The notes under the pieces: generated by a model
Seen by the model: only the letters and a program-made list of their open reading frames with translations
What the model was told of the DNA's origin: nothing
The model's database searches: none
Program-made: the position numbers and the translations under genes
Shown: positions 24,885 through 37,711 of the stretch, in pieces
Numbering within the stretch: position 1 is the stretch's first letter
How the letters are laid out: each line of letters begins with the position of its first letter
NCBI GenBank assembly: GCA_040437565.1
Contig: JBDOQK010000010.1
Coordinates: forward strand, 186,001-250,000
Direction of reading: 5' to 3'
DNA from: Albugo candida
Taxonomy: Eukaryota
Length of the DNA: 64,000 nucleotides

Positions 24885-27044
24885 TCAAGTGCGCAGATTC
24901 AAAAGGATGTGTCCATCCGTTACGAATTCCCCTTCATGACAATGTACGGTCTCCACTTGTGCACTTGTTGTCGTCTTTATCACATGTTCCATCTTCATCG
25001 CTTCAATAATCACTAAAGGCTGATCGACAGTGACTGCATCGCCTTTTTTCACATATACTTGAATCACTTTGCCCGGCATTGGCGTCAGAACTTTTACAGT
25101 CGCATCCTTTACTTCCTCCTCAAACGCAGAAGCTATAGTTCTTGGTGTCTCTATTCGAAATACGTCGACGTATCGCTCGAAATCATTCTCACAGAATACG
25201 TGCAATTGACTGTTGTGCAAAATTGCTGATCCTTTCATTTGGCGCTCACCCACTTTCAATGAAAATTCGCCTAAAGAGCTCATGATTCCGCAAACATCGA
25301 CCGCATTGCCCGTCTCCGCTGTATGAACGCGGAATACATCTTGAGCCAGACATTCAACTGTCACTGTATCCCCATTAATGCACATCACGCGAACATGTGT
25401 TCCTGCGGACCGAAAGTACCGCAAGGAGGGCAATTCCCAAGGGTCTGTGCGCTCCTTGTTTCGTCGTCGTTGCAATTGGGTTATGAGGAGATAGCAAACC
25501 GACCCAATAGCTTGCTTTGATGCCGAAAATGTATGCGTGGGAGGTAATGCATCTTGGCCATATTTCTCAAGAAACCCAGTGTCAAATTGACCCGAGACAA
25601 ATGCTGGAACGGAACATATTCGTAGAGCCAATTCGTGGTTGGTTGGCAAACCGACAATCTGATACTGCTTTAAAGCGCAACGCAGTCGATGAATGGCATC
25701 CTGCCGACTCTTACCATGAACGACTAGTTTGGCGATCATGGAGTCGTAAAATACCGGAATCTCATCTTTTTGCTCAAAGCCCGAGTCAACACGTACTCTC
25801 TCCGAAATGGGTGGAAGTCGGACATGATGCAAAGTACCGCTTTGCGGAAGAAATCCTCTACAAAAAAAGGTGAGCACGGGCTTTTAATGACACAAGACAT
25901 ACTCTGATGGATTCTCGGCATAAATTCGTGCTTCAATCGCATGCCCACAGATACTTAATTCCTCTTGCTTTAATGGTAATTGCTCACCTGATGCAACCCG
26001 AAGTTGCCACTCCACAAGGTCTTGATCCGTAATGAACTCTGTGACGGGATGCTCAACTTGTAGCCTGGTGTTCATTTCCATAAAGTAGAACTTGTCTCGG
26101 TCCAGCAAAAATTCTACCGTGCCTGCACCAATGTACTCAACGGCTTTAGCTGCATGGATCGCAGCCTCCCCCATCCGCTGACGTAGACTTTCAGCCATAT
26201 TGATCGCTGGGGCTTCCTCAATCACTTTCTGGTGCCGTCTTTGGATGCTACAGTCACGCTCAAACAAATGAACAATTTGACCGTACTTGTCGGCAAATAC
26301 TTGAAACTCAATATGTCGGGGATTGAGAAGGTATTTTTCCACTAAGACGCGGGAGTCCTTGAAAAACGACTCGGCTTCGCGTCGACACGCTTCCAGTGCT
26401 TTCGGAAAATCATTTCGTTTTTCCACTATTCTCATTCCCTTTCCGCCTCCACCCATTGTGGCCTTTATCAATATTGGATACCCTATTAAATTAGCTTCAT
26501 ATTGCAGTCTATCGTTCGACTGGTCGTCACCATGGTAGCTTGGAATTACTGGAATTCCAGCAGCAATCATTATTTCTTTCGATTTACTTTTTGAGCCCAT
26601 TGAGGCAATGGCTTCTACTGGAGGTCCAATGAATTGAATGCCATTGTTCCTGCATTCCAAAGCAAAATCTGCGTTTTCAGAAAGGAAGCCGTACCCAGGA
26701 TGAACGGCTTCTACTTGAGCTTCACGGCAAATCTGAAGGATTCTAGCGCCATGTAAATAGCTGCTTTTAGGTGGAGAAGGTCCCAAGTAGTATGATTCTG
26801 TCGCCAATCTCTTCCAAAGCGAATTTCTGTCTGCATCGCTGTAAAGAGCTACCGTTTGTATGCCCAATCTGTGAGCAGTGCGTATAATTCGTACAGCAAT
26901 TTCGCCTCGATTTGCGACGAGAATCTTCGTGAATAAAGAACGATAAAACGCTTTTGGAGCTTTTCGAGCCCAGCGAGACAATTGCGTCCTTTTGGAGACA
27001 AATATCTCTTGATTTAGATTCGGGAACGAGCGAAAAGTCGGCAT
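24885..27044 (-). CDS. MCCC1: Biotin-dependent carboxylase alpha subunit, most like methylcrotonoyl-CoA carboxylase alpha, 2 exons
   Basis: KILVANRGEIA, HPGYGFLSENA, GGGGKGM, ERDCSIQRRHQK, FMEMNTRLQVEHPVTE, YDSMIAKL and biotinyl site EAMKME. Short intron at ~25903-25858. Confidence 0.9.
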
Positions 27045-27222
27045 GTGGCCTTAAAGATTTCTTCAAGAGAAACAAATTATGGAACGATTTACTTGAAGTT
27101 GAAGGTAATTATTTCTATCAAAAATAATGAAAAATTGCATTATGATAGAGCATTGCACTAAAGTTGTAGTCCCTCATCAGCCGGAATAAAGATCTTACTA
27201 GGAGGAGGAGGTGTACCCCGCA

Positions 27223-27843
27223 ATGAAATCGATCATCGCATTTCTACACAAACAGCACCGTCGATTCCCCGTTAAGTATTTATTGGTATTTTGGGATTAT
27301 TCGGAATGCAGAAAACGGCTGTAATCAGTAAAGTCGATGAGTCTCGTACAAAATCAGCGCTATTTGAGGTGAAGATTCCACTTCACATCAGCATTTATAT
27401 AAATTCGTATAAGCGCAGGCATTTGACCTTCTTCCGGGAATCATTGATACAATAAATGACATTCTGTCGGCGGCACCGGCGCAAGAAACCACACGAATCG
27501 GCGACGTTTCTTCGACAGTATGAGAAATCTGCTTTGATTCGGGATCTGTACTAAATTTGTACAGGCTTCAGCAATGCGTCAAAAGTACTCGGATGCCATT
27601 GACTTACTAAAGTCTTACAAAGGCATCGAAGTGAGCGTTGAAGAGCAAGAAGCGATCTTGAAGGAGACACAGAAAACCCTTGAGCAATACAAGTACGTTA
27701 TCAAAATACCGGCAATGTGAATTGGCGATGAGCTATTATTGTTTTGTAGTAAAACCCTAGAGTTTTATAGCACTACGCTATTCCGAGGAAGCAGTGATAC
27801 GCGACCTGACTTGAACGACGCTTTTGCACGAAGCGTTTTGTGA
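27223..27843 (+). CDS. MED9: Mediator subunit Med9-like, 5 exons
   Basis: Exons 27223-27270, 27312-27368, 27419-27505, 27565-27692 and 27750-27843 are in frame through GT-AG introns. The product contains FDLLPGI...MRQKYSDAIDLLKSYKGIEVSVEEQEAILKE...LEFY, matching the Med9 GIxxSxEEQ pattern. Confidence 0.75.
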
Positions 27844-27959
27844 GATGGATTGCAGAAAGAACAAAGAATAACAAGAGGCATTTAACAGTATAGAGAAGTT
27901 ATACAAGAGATTGCACAGCATCGATTTTCTGGCTCAGATAGAATCATATCATAGTAGCA

Positions 27960-29330
27960 GCCAAAACGTAGGATACACAAATAAAAAGACAAATTCAACC
28001 TGTTGCACGTCGAATCGCGCCACACCTGGAAGGATGAAGCCTCGTCTTGAAGAATTTTGATACGGATACCGTGGCGCGTAGACTGCCTTCTAACGAGCGT
28101 TGCGCTGGTCTCAATGAGCTGAACTAGGCATTCTTACAGCAGCCAGTTTCTGAGCAGCAATGTGGGTGCTGATACCAGCCAACTTGACTTGCACTGGAAT
28201 CACACGCTTGAGCTGGATAAAATTTGAATCTGTCAGTCGATAATTATGTGTGGGCCTCTCGGCGGACCTCTTCACTGGTGAACTTTATAACCTCTTTACT
28301 GATGAGCTTTCTGGAGAGTAGGTACCACCGCTGCGCGCTTTCTTGTACCATTAAAAGCTTAGTCTTTATATCGGTGCGGTAATTGTGTAATGATTATCTA
28401 AAAGGCTTACGAAAATCAGAGGTGCACGCTTGCTTTCGCGCCAAAACAACAGGCATCTACGTGAAGGTAAAGAAGAATTCAGACAAATGGTAAAATTCTT
28501 TGTGATCGAAGATATGGGCAGATATAATGTAAAAAAAAAAATTTGATCTGGCAGATTCTTATTGGAGTCGAAGGGATGCAGTCTTTTTACGGATGCGCGC
28601 AAATGTGAAGAAAATAAATCACATAAATAAAAACGAGGAAGAATGCCTCATGTAGAATAACTGAACTGAGCAGGAGATCCAAACAAAACACCACAATGGC
28701 TGAGAATTGGTCAATTGCCGTCTCTGAGGAATTAGTTGCAGCGAAAGAGATCTTGAATTCTGTCCCTTTCTGCTTGCATATCATATGTCATGATTATTCT
28801 GAGCTACCATCACTTCATCCATATAAACATCATAACGAAATCTGCAGCAATTCAAATAAAATCCCTGATGTTTAGAGAGAGGTTGTTTAAACCACACTTC
28901 GCTTTGCTTGCTATATCGGCACATATTATGGCAAAGTTGTATCGAGCCAAAACTTTAATTCTGACTACTCTTGACAAAATGATTTGGGTCAGAGCTCCAG
29001 CCAATAAATTTGGAAAACCCAACTTTACTTGAGCAGTTCAGGTATTGAAGGCAAGATTAACAATTCCCAAATGACCTGATTCATTTCTCGTCTTGACTAA
29101 AGAATCGCTTCAAGCAGCGTGAAAAATGCAGCAGGTTCGTTTTTGTAGAAAGCATCATAGGAACGGATCCAAGTGGAAAGACTGCACTTTTTGTTTTAAA
29201 ACAGATGGTTGCAACCATTTGAAAAGGTTGCCGCGATCTTGTTGAGCAAATCGACAGCTTTACATTAGCGGCCAATTAAAGAAAGGTAGAGGAGTCTATA
29301 AAAAATTTGCGCCTCAGATCCAAAAAGCTG
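27960..29330 (-). CDS. Probable multi-intron gene, product unknown
   Basis: Short open stretches bounded by GT/AG, e.g. QRWYLLSRKLISKEVIKFTSEE | LKRVIPVQVKLAGISTHIAAQKLAA | KAVYAPRYPY. The full model could not be resolved. Confidence 0.3.
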
Positions 29331-30199
29331 TGAGACGAAGCTCATGGAGCATGTAGGAAGCGATGTTGATTCATGAAAATGATTTCACGTGGTAATTCCG
29401 CAAACGGGTGCTGCAGGTGAAAAGGACATGCAGATCCACACCGGCAGAATGCAGAGCAAAGGTACAGTTTCTCCAGTCGTCATGCCATGTAAGGAAGCGA
29501 CATCAGCGCATTTGCGATCACTGTGTACTTGATCGGTTACAGCCTTCGTTATACTTTGCGAGGTCAAATATCGCAATCAATTCTGACATCTTCAAGAACA
29601 ATTTTGATGGCTTGCACAGACAAATTCAAAGCCGCCGAAAACTTCACGAATTTACAAGGGAGAAAGAGTAACGACGTAATGGGCCATTTTTATAAATATA
29701 GTCCAATATGCATATGTCCATGCATGCTTATGTCCATGCATGCTTAGAAAGCCAGCCGTATGGACGATTCCTAAAATATGGTTAAGATCATCAAGGAGAT
29801 AGAGAGCGTGTAGAAAATGAAATCAAAGCAGCATGGTGGATAAGAATGTTGGGTTTCTAATGTCTGTAATTTCTGGATTTCAGCGGAATTTGTGATTGTA
29901 ACACAAACTTGGGCACAAGAAAGTCGATTGCAAGACGAATCAGTTTACAATTGGAGAAGAAAAAAACACTTGTTTTAGTAACATTGAAGCACACGGATGT
30001 TGAGCATCAGAAAGTGGCTCCAGCAGCCGTTTGTATTTACTCAAATAAGAATTAACAAAACTCGCTCCTCGGAAAAGTAGGTAGTCATTTCGGTATCAAA
30101 GAAGAGCGTAGTAAAAGAAGTATCCGTTCGAACCCAAAATGATACGAACTGAGGAAGTACTATATGTAAGTCAACCAGATCAAGTATCAACGTCCATCA

Positions 30200-31150
30200 G
30201 ATTGGTGAATCAATATGCGGATTCAGGACGACTTTGCTGTGGAAGTGTCCATTGTACATTGTAAGCGTGGTGAAAATGCGTCAGGATATGAAAGGAACAA
30301 ATAGGATCAGTAAGCGCATATATATGTCAAGCCAAACCTTCGAAACCAACAGAGAGATAGCTCAGCAGTATGAAATATCGCTGGATAGACTAGTAAGTGT
30401 ATGCAGGTATGGCAAATCACCACTTGCAGCCTTCATCGAGTATGAAAATGGGACCGTTAGAACACACTCAATGCTCCAAGTGATTTCAAGCGACGTCATC
30501 GGACCTATTCACACTACCTCTCGGAGTACTTTAACATAAATGATCAACTTCATTGATGAACTATTCCACATACGTGATGGTTTACCTTACGAAGCATGAA
30601 TTCTGTTGATCGAATACTACTCGGATAGAATACCTCAACTGAGAATAAATTCAGCAAAGAATGAAATGTGTTGGTACAGATACTCATGGTGAATAACCAT
30701 TCCTTCATTTTCAAAGGTCTGCATTAGGATGATTCCGACATCAAAAGACCGTTCTCTATTCGTATCAACAAACTCGCTCGCGGGAGAAGAAGAGGACAAT
30801 CAGATAAATGGCAACATCCATGCTACACTACATGCATGTTGAAGTGATAGACCCAATGCTTCAGTCTACATAATGTATAGTCAACCGTGTCCGTGCATAT
30901 GATATCGTTCAGCTATGTTAGAGCCAATTTGGTTGTCTTATGAACGCAACATTTAGGTTTTGCCGTCTATGCTATATCGAGACAATGAGCCGCAAAAGGG
31001 AGAAGAAAGCAAGGTGGTGTATGTCTTTGGGTTCTCCCAACGATATGGACGGATATCACTTATAACATGCATTCAAAGCGTAGGAAGCTGGCTTATTCGG
31101 CTTAGTGGGAAGACCCAGAAATCTTGACACCTAGGTCGACTACGTAAACG
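30200..31150 (+). mobile_element. Ty1/copia integrase relic
   Basis: VCRYGKSPLAAF (pre-integrase), SDVIGPI, INFIDE, RMKCVGTDTHGE and RHQKTVLYSYQQ in the expected order, disrupted by stops and frameshifts. Confidence 0.75.
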
Positions 31151-31278
31151 ATAGTACACTCGAGATCAACGATGTTCAGAATGCAACAATCTTGATCAAC
31201 CGTATCGATCATGGCGTTGAACAGATAAAGATGGAATCTGGCAATTGTGGTCGGCATCGGTTCCGAAATAGGCAGTAT

Positions 31279-33150
31279 TCAAGAGCAAGTCATCGTGTAG
31301 AGGGAGAGATATAATGCTCCCCGTATACGTACGATTATACAGAATTGAGTTTGAATAAGTAAACGCTGCTCTGGGAGCGGCGTCAAGGTAGAGAAAGGCG
31401 ATGGAATCAAACCAACAAGGATTTTGGAAGGAAGCAATTCACAAAAAGTGAAGGCGCTCAAGGAAAAGAAAGCGTGGGTACTGAGAAAAACAAGAGATAA
31501 CCAGAAGCCATGGGCATCAAGTTGACCACTGTAAATAAAGATCCCGTAACCTCGAAACCTGAGCAAAGAAAATATTTTTGGAAAAACGACATGATTTTTT
31601 CGTAGAATCTTCAAGGAAACACTGTTGAGGTATACAGAAAACTACTTTATTGCTGGGGATATGAAGTCGAATTGAGTTTGTTCTATCGGATGCATCAATA
31701 CGACTCAACAAGAGTATATCCAGGAGAGGAAACCTCCATCCACACATCACCCCGCTTGGCGGGAGTACAATGAGACCTTCATACTCAATCAAAGTCGTTC
31801 TAGGTTGGAACAATTTTGCGGAAAATGATTCAACAAATCCAATATCAGCACAATTGCTAACGATAGGATTTTAGACTAAATGAATCGATTCCTGCATATC
31901 TGTCTCAAACTTTATATCGACCTGTACGTTCATAGACGTTGACCCGAGCAAATATGACCGAACAAATTACAGAAAAACAAACGAAGCTTTTCAATCAAAT
32001 TGGAATAAAAGATATGGGAAATGCTCGGCTGTGATGGGGACAAAATTTTATCATAAACGAAATGTAAGAGAGAGGAAGATTAGATGTGAATCAAGCATCA
32101 GATGGACAGGTGATCGTTTCAATCAAACGGATGTCTAGCAAGCATCATAGCCAGGCTCATAAAGCCAGTTTATTTCCGAGAGGGAACAGGGTCCGAGGAT
32201 GAAGTATCGAGCAAGTGGCCTTTTCTTATTTCAAAGAAACGTTTTTGTGAATCTGATACGTTTGTTTTATTTGCACCTAAACCATCTGATGCAGAATGTA
32301 AACAAGAGAGATCTATAGAATCCTCCAAAATGCCTAAATAAGTGAGAAAGTGAGTTCTGACGGTTTGCTTCTCTTGAAATGATGAGCAATGCTGCGTTGT
32401 AGTTGTCATACAGTGGTAAGCTGATCTGTTCAGTAATGTCAGAGTTTGTGTGCCTCAGCCACTAGTAATGTCCCGAAAACATTGTCTTCTCCAGATTTGA
32501 GCGTTCAAAGTTGCTTTAAATCCGCTTTCTGCATCCGAAATGAGATACAGCCATGTGTATTTTTTGAAGCCTTATGTGTGAAAAAATGGATGCAAATTTT
32601 GTGCTCTTTATGATCACTGCTACCTGTCTGGATCCCCTAATACTCGACTTCCAAGACTTTCAATTNNNNNNNNNNNNNNNNNNNNNNNNNNNNNNNNNNN
32701 NNNNNNNNNNNNNNNNNNNNNNNNNNNNNNNNNNNNNNNNNNNNNNNNNNNNNNNNNNNNNNNNNGTAAACAAGAGAGATCTATAGAATCCTCCAAAATG
32801 CCTAAATAAGTGAGAAAGTGAGTTCTGACGGTTTGCTTCTCTTGAAATGATGAGCAATGCTGCGTTGTAGTTGTCATACAGTGGTAAGCTGATCTGTTCA
32901 GTAATGTCAGAGTTTGTGTGCCTCAGCCACTAGTAATGTCCCGAAAACATTGTCTTCTCCAGATTTGAGCGTTCAAAGTTGCTTTAAATCCGCTTTCTGC
33001 ATCCGAAATGAGATACAGCCATGTGTATTTTTTGAAGCCTTATGTGTGAAAAAATGGATGCAAATTTTGTGCTCTTTATGATCACTGCTACCTGTCTGGA
33101 TCCCCTAATACTCGACTTCCAAGACTTTCAATTCGGTTGCGCCATTCTTT
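31279..33150 (-). CDS. Probable multi-exon gene, product unknown (contains a gap-duplicated segment)
   Basis: Series of minus-strand ORF fragments (31517-31813, 32170-32409) with splice-like boundaries; no recognisable domain. Confidence 0.25.
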
Positions 33151-33349
33151 TAGAGTATAAGATCACATCTGCTTCTATAGTCTTCGCGATGATCTGCAAG
33201 TCGATCCTATCTCACGCACGAGACGTCGGTTCTGCGGTCACGAGTCGGATCACGTGAGTGCAGGACCTAAAGATTGTGAAGTCAAAAGTCAATTTATAAT
33301 TGGATTGTAACAAAAGATCGAACCGGTTGTTGTGGGGAACCCACAGCGC

Positions 33350-34249
33350 ATCGTTTACTAGAATGCCATACTACGAAACGTCCCAGCTATGAGAACTGAG
33401 AGCCGTAGAACCAGCAAGCTCTTCTCCTTTATGTAGCACAGAAAGCTTATTGAGGAGATCATTGATAGCTCACGATTTCGCGATATTGCAGATTAGCAAC
33501 TATTTGCAAATCCATAGCTTGCAAAAGCGCCTGTAATTCTCTCCTTTCAGTAACAGCAGCAACACTTAAGTATGGCAAGTTAGCGCTGCTCTTATTGCGG
33601 CTGTAAAGAGATTCTATGCAATGATAAGCCTCCATTTCGCAAGATAAGCACACTCTGTAGCTGTATCCTTAATCGAAACCCTTCAACAGCATCCAAACAT
33701 ATTTAGAGCGCTATGTATCATATAACGATCCTATCTAAATTCAGTAATTTCGATCGACTCCAACTATACACAATCCGTCTGACATCGTCTTTTATCGCTC
33801 TACATCCAAGTGTATATACGCTCTCGAATTACACGAAGTTGATTTACAAATCATCAATCGATTTACTGAGCTTACACTGTAACCGTATGTGCTTACCTTC
33901 ATCTTTTGCGGTACTATACAGCGTCAGTAAAGTTGTTTGGCAAGTATCACTTGATTCATCAGCAGATTAGCGGTGATACACTTTCCATCCCGAATTGTTC
34001 ATATTTATATACAAATCCTCATACCTGTGCAATATATTCGGCTACTTTGTACTTTCTTCGATAAACTAACCCGATCAAACCACGATGACGTATTCTCCAT
34101 GCGGATCGTACAAGCATACGAGTATCTAATGGAGTGAGGTCACATCGCGGCCGTAACATGTCTACTTTTACATGGTGAGAGGTCAACAATAGAACAGACG
34201 CATATTTATGTATACATCGGACCTTACAGGCCAATTGAGCTGATCGCAT
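33350..34249 (-). CDS. Probable spliced gene, product unknown
   Basis: ATG at 34249 (MRSAQLACKVRC...AEYIAQ) followed by a GTATGA donor. A later GTAAGC donor and ORF fragment 33459-33653 are also present. Confidence 0.35.
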
Positions 34250-34357
34250 TATTGCGAACACATGCCAGCTAGGCTAATGACACTACAGGACGAATGTAAA
34301 ACCTCTCTATCTTCATTCTGCTTGTGTCTTCCCGGGATAACACACGCTTCTTACCTT

Positions 34358-37302
34358 ATGGTAGATGTACAAAAACCTGGAGATTTCGAGGACGATTTCG
34401 AGGACCTCGACGTGGACACTCTGTTGGAAGATCAAATCATTCCGTCCTCAGGAAATAAGCTCACTTCTATGTTCAATGCTCAAGTTGAGAGAAAGAAGAG
34501 TAGAACAAGAACGGTATGTATCCGCTCAGTCGAAGAGGAGAACTTACTACAATCGGTTAGAATACAGATAATACTTGGGGAGACAACATTGAAGAAGCGG
34601 GGTTGTCAATAGTCGCTGATTTAGATCATGGCAGCCAAAGGAACTACCTCAGATCCACAGACAAGACAAGAAAAGCACAAAACGAAATTCCGGGCGATCA
34701 GATGGATTTAGATCAGCATCAAATTTTGAGTAGAACATTTAAAGACACAAGCAATGAGGAGATACATTTGACAGACTCGGGACTGAAAGAAGAGAAATTT
34801 GCTGTGAAAGAAAACGACAGCAAATCTTCGTTTGCCGGAACGGATCGTTTCGCATCGGTGGCTTCATTCTTTGACCAGGATGACATTCAAGACGCGAAAA
34901 CGTCAGCGGCTATCAACGAACCTATACTCAGAACCAGTCGCCAAGCAAGACGAGGATACACTTCCGCAATTGCGAAGACCTCAGATGACGAGATATTTAG
35001 CTCTATGAAACAGATAGATTTTGGGAATTCAAAAGGTAAACGATTTGACGACCCATTCAAGAGATCCTCACGGATTCGAGGCGATAGCGTAATCGCTGAA
35101 AAAAAAGATGATGAGCTTCATGCACGCAGTTCCGGCAATGTACGTGATGATACTGAGCATACAAAAACGGAGGCATCTTCTCGATCTCTTCATGGAGCCC
35201 CGTCAGCCCTAGAAAGCTTGTTGTTTGATCTTCCTCCCAGTCCTGGTCAAAAGGAAAAGGAAAAAAATAGCACTGCCTCAGGTGATAAACGGCATATATC
35301 AGATGTTCTGCCGCTAAAACACCTTGACACAAATATACTCGTTGAGAGCACCAATCCTGCTCAAAAAGATGCAAAGTCTAGCACTAACGAGGTATTGAAC
35401 AATGCTGAATCACATACATTTCTTGAAAGAAAAAGAACAATCTCCGGAATTGGAACAGATGGCTTAGAAATGCCCATGACGGAAGCTTTGAAAGAGCTTC
35501 AAGCCTCAATCCCTAATTCGCCACCTCGCATTATTTTGGATCGTCCGGAAGCTCTAGATATCGAGCAGAATGTGCATACTGGTAAGCTAGAAAACTCGTT
35601 AGAAGCCTACAAGATCAAAACGACAACAGATGGAGATTTTCGATGCGTTCTGGAAACCACTACAAATTCAAACATGGCATCTGCGAGTCACACACCTCTA
35701 TCCTCGAAAGATTCACAGAGAAATGAGAAGAACGAAATGAGTGATCCGAATCAGAACGATCTGCTTCCATCGAATCAGCAATTGATTCGAGAAAGTAGTA
35801 CTATCAGCGGACTAAAGGAAGAGTTGGAGGCACTAAAGAAGTCGTTTCTGAATGCTGTGGCAGAAAAGGAAGAATACAAAAACAAGGTGGTGAAGCTAAC
35901 GATGAAGAAAAACTCCATCAAAATCGCAATAACATCTTCAAAGCAACAAATTGAAACTATGCAACAGGATTCAATAAAAATGAAATCAGTGATAGACTTA
36001 CTGCATGATCAGAAGCAATCACTGGAACAAGATCTAAATGCAACAAAATGTCTACTAACTCAAGAAAAGCAAATGCATCATAGCACACAAAATCAATTGA
36101 AATACGCAGAGCAGCAACTGGATGCCAAATCCGTGAACTCGCTACAAGGACTAGAGAGAGTTGGAAAAGAAGTACAGCAAGCTTTGAGCAGCTTTCGAGC
36201 TAATTTTGAGCGCATTGAAAGCGATACACAAACAAAACACCTTGTTGAAGATGAGGCCCGTCTTCGAATGATCACAACTCTGGATGCTTCTTCCCAGAAC
36301 TATTCCAGAAAAATACAGACCGAATGTACTCGACTCAGCACATTATCCAACAAATTGGAAGCACTAATCGGTCATTTTAGCTTGGAACATATGGAGAATA
36401 AAGAGAGGCTACGTCAGGAGCAATCGCGTCTGGACCTGCTAACGGCACACTTCAAAGCGCAAAGCACAATTCTCAATGAAAAGTCTGATGCTAGTGTTCA
36501 AAAGCTCTCAGAGTTTCTTGCTGTCTCCTTGCATGATCATCGATCAGTCGAAGCTCGAGTCCATACACAACAGACCACAATTATGGAACAGGAACGAAAA
36601 TTACAAGACGATCGTTCTGCATTTAATGCATTTCGTGAAGAGCTTCTCAGACAACACGAGCGAGAAAAAAATTTGCTGCAAATTGAAAAATCTTCTCTGG
36701 AGCAAGCCATTCTCCAGCATCGCCACGAGCGACAGACTTTTGAAGAATTGATTGCTTCTCATGAGGCAGAATTTGACCATTTACAATTATGTCGAGAAAG
36801 AATCTCAGGAGAAAAAAATAGACTGGAAGAAAGCTCTGCAAAGATAGCGACTATGGCAACATCTTTGGAGCAATATTCGATTAATGTTATTGCCCGAGAA
36901 GAAGAACTGCTCACACAAAAACAACACACTGAGAAATTGCGTGCTGAATATGAAGTCCGCTCACAGTCTTTAGACAACAAGGAAGATCAGTTGACTCAAA
37001 GGGAACGACGTTTACAAATACAACAAAATAAAGTGCAAACGCTTCAGAAGCAATTACTTGTCGAGAGGAATCAATCCCGAAAGCTTTTCCGCAGGGAAAC
37101 CTCACGACTTGCTCATGCTGATGACAAAGAGAAAAACTGTAACATTTCGGCACTAATCGTGAACGAGCCCACTGCTGATAATCAACCACGAGGATTCAAT
37201 GGTTTGATGGCAAAGAATGCATTCAAAGACACAATTCCTTCTTCTTTACGCAAAGCCATGGAGGAGAACTGGAAGAGGTCACGTTGGAAACAACACACAT
37301 GA
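34358..37302 (+). CDS. Large protein with disordered N-terminus and long C-terminal coiled coil (possibly FBF1-like)
   Basis: 899-aa ORF 34603-37302 plus an upstream acidic exon (DFEDDFEDLDVDTLLED) ending at a GTATGT donor at ~34514. The C-terminal half is E/Q/K/L heptad-rich. The family guess is weak and the start is uncertain. Confidence 0.8.
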
Positions 37303-37711
37303 ATGACTTCATGCATACACTGAGTTTGACTATTGACCCCAAATTGAGTAATGTTGGTAGTCGATCTATGCGGAATACCTTATGGATGCTGACGGTGTCC
37401 TAGAAATGCTTTTTCATGTGATCGCCGACTGCTGAACTGCATAATCAGCGGCGCCGCCAACCGCATCGACAGCGGGGCTTTGCTTGGTTGCCAATCGCCA
37501 TCACCACACTTACTGCCTTATATACACCTGATTTATCCTCCTTACCACGAATGGATATCAGGTGATTCACTAAGCGCTCAGGCACCTCGATCTTGGAGGT
37601 TGGATTCATGCTAGATTCTTGAATGCCAGTAGAAACTTGGACAGAGTATGAATGTATGTTCTTAGTTTTACTTGGAAATTTGCTGCAAACGTGGAATCTT
37701 TTCATTCAAAT

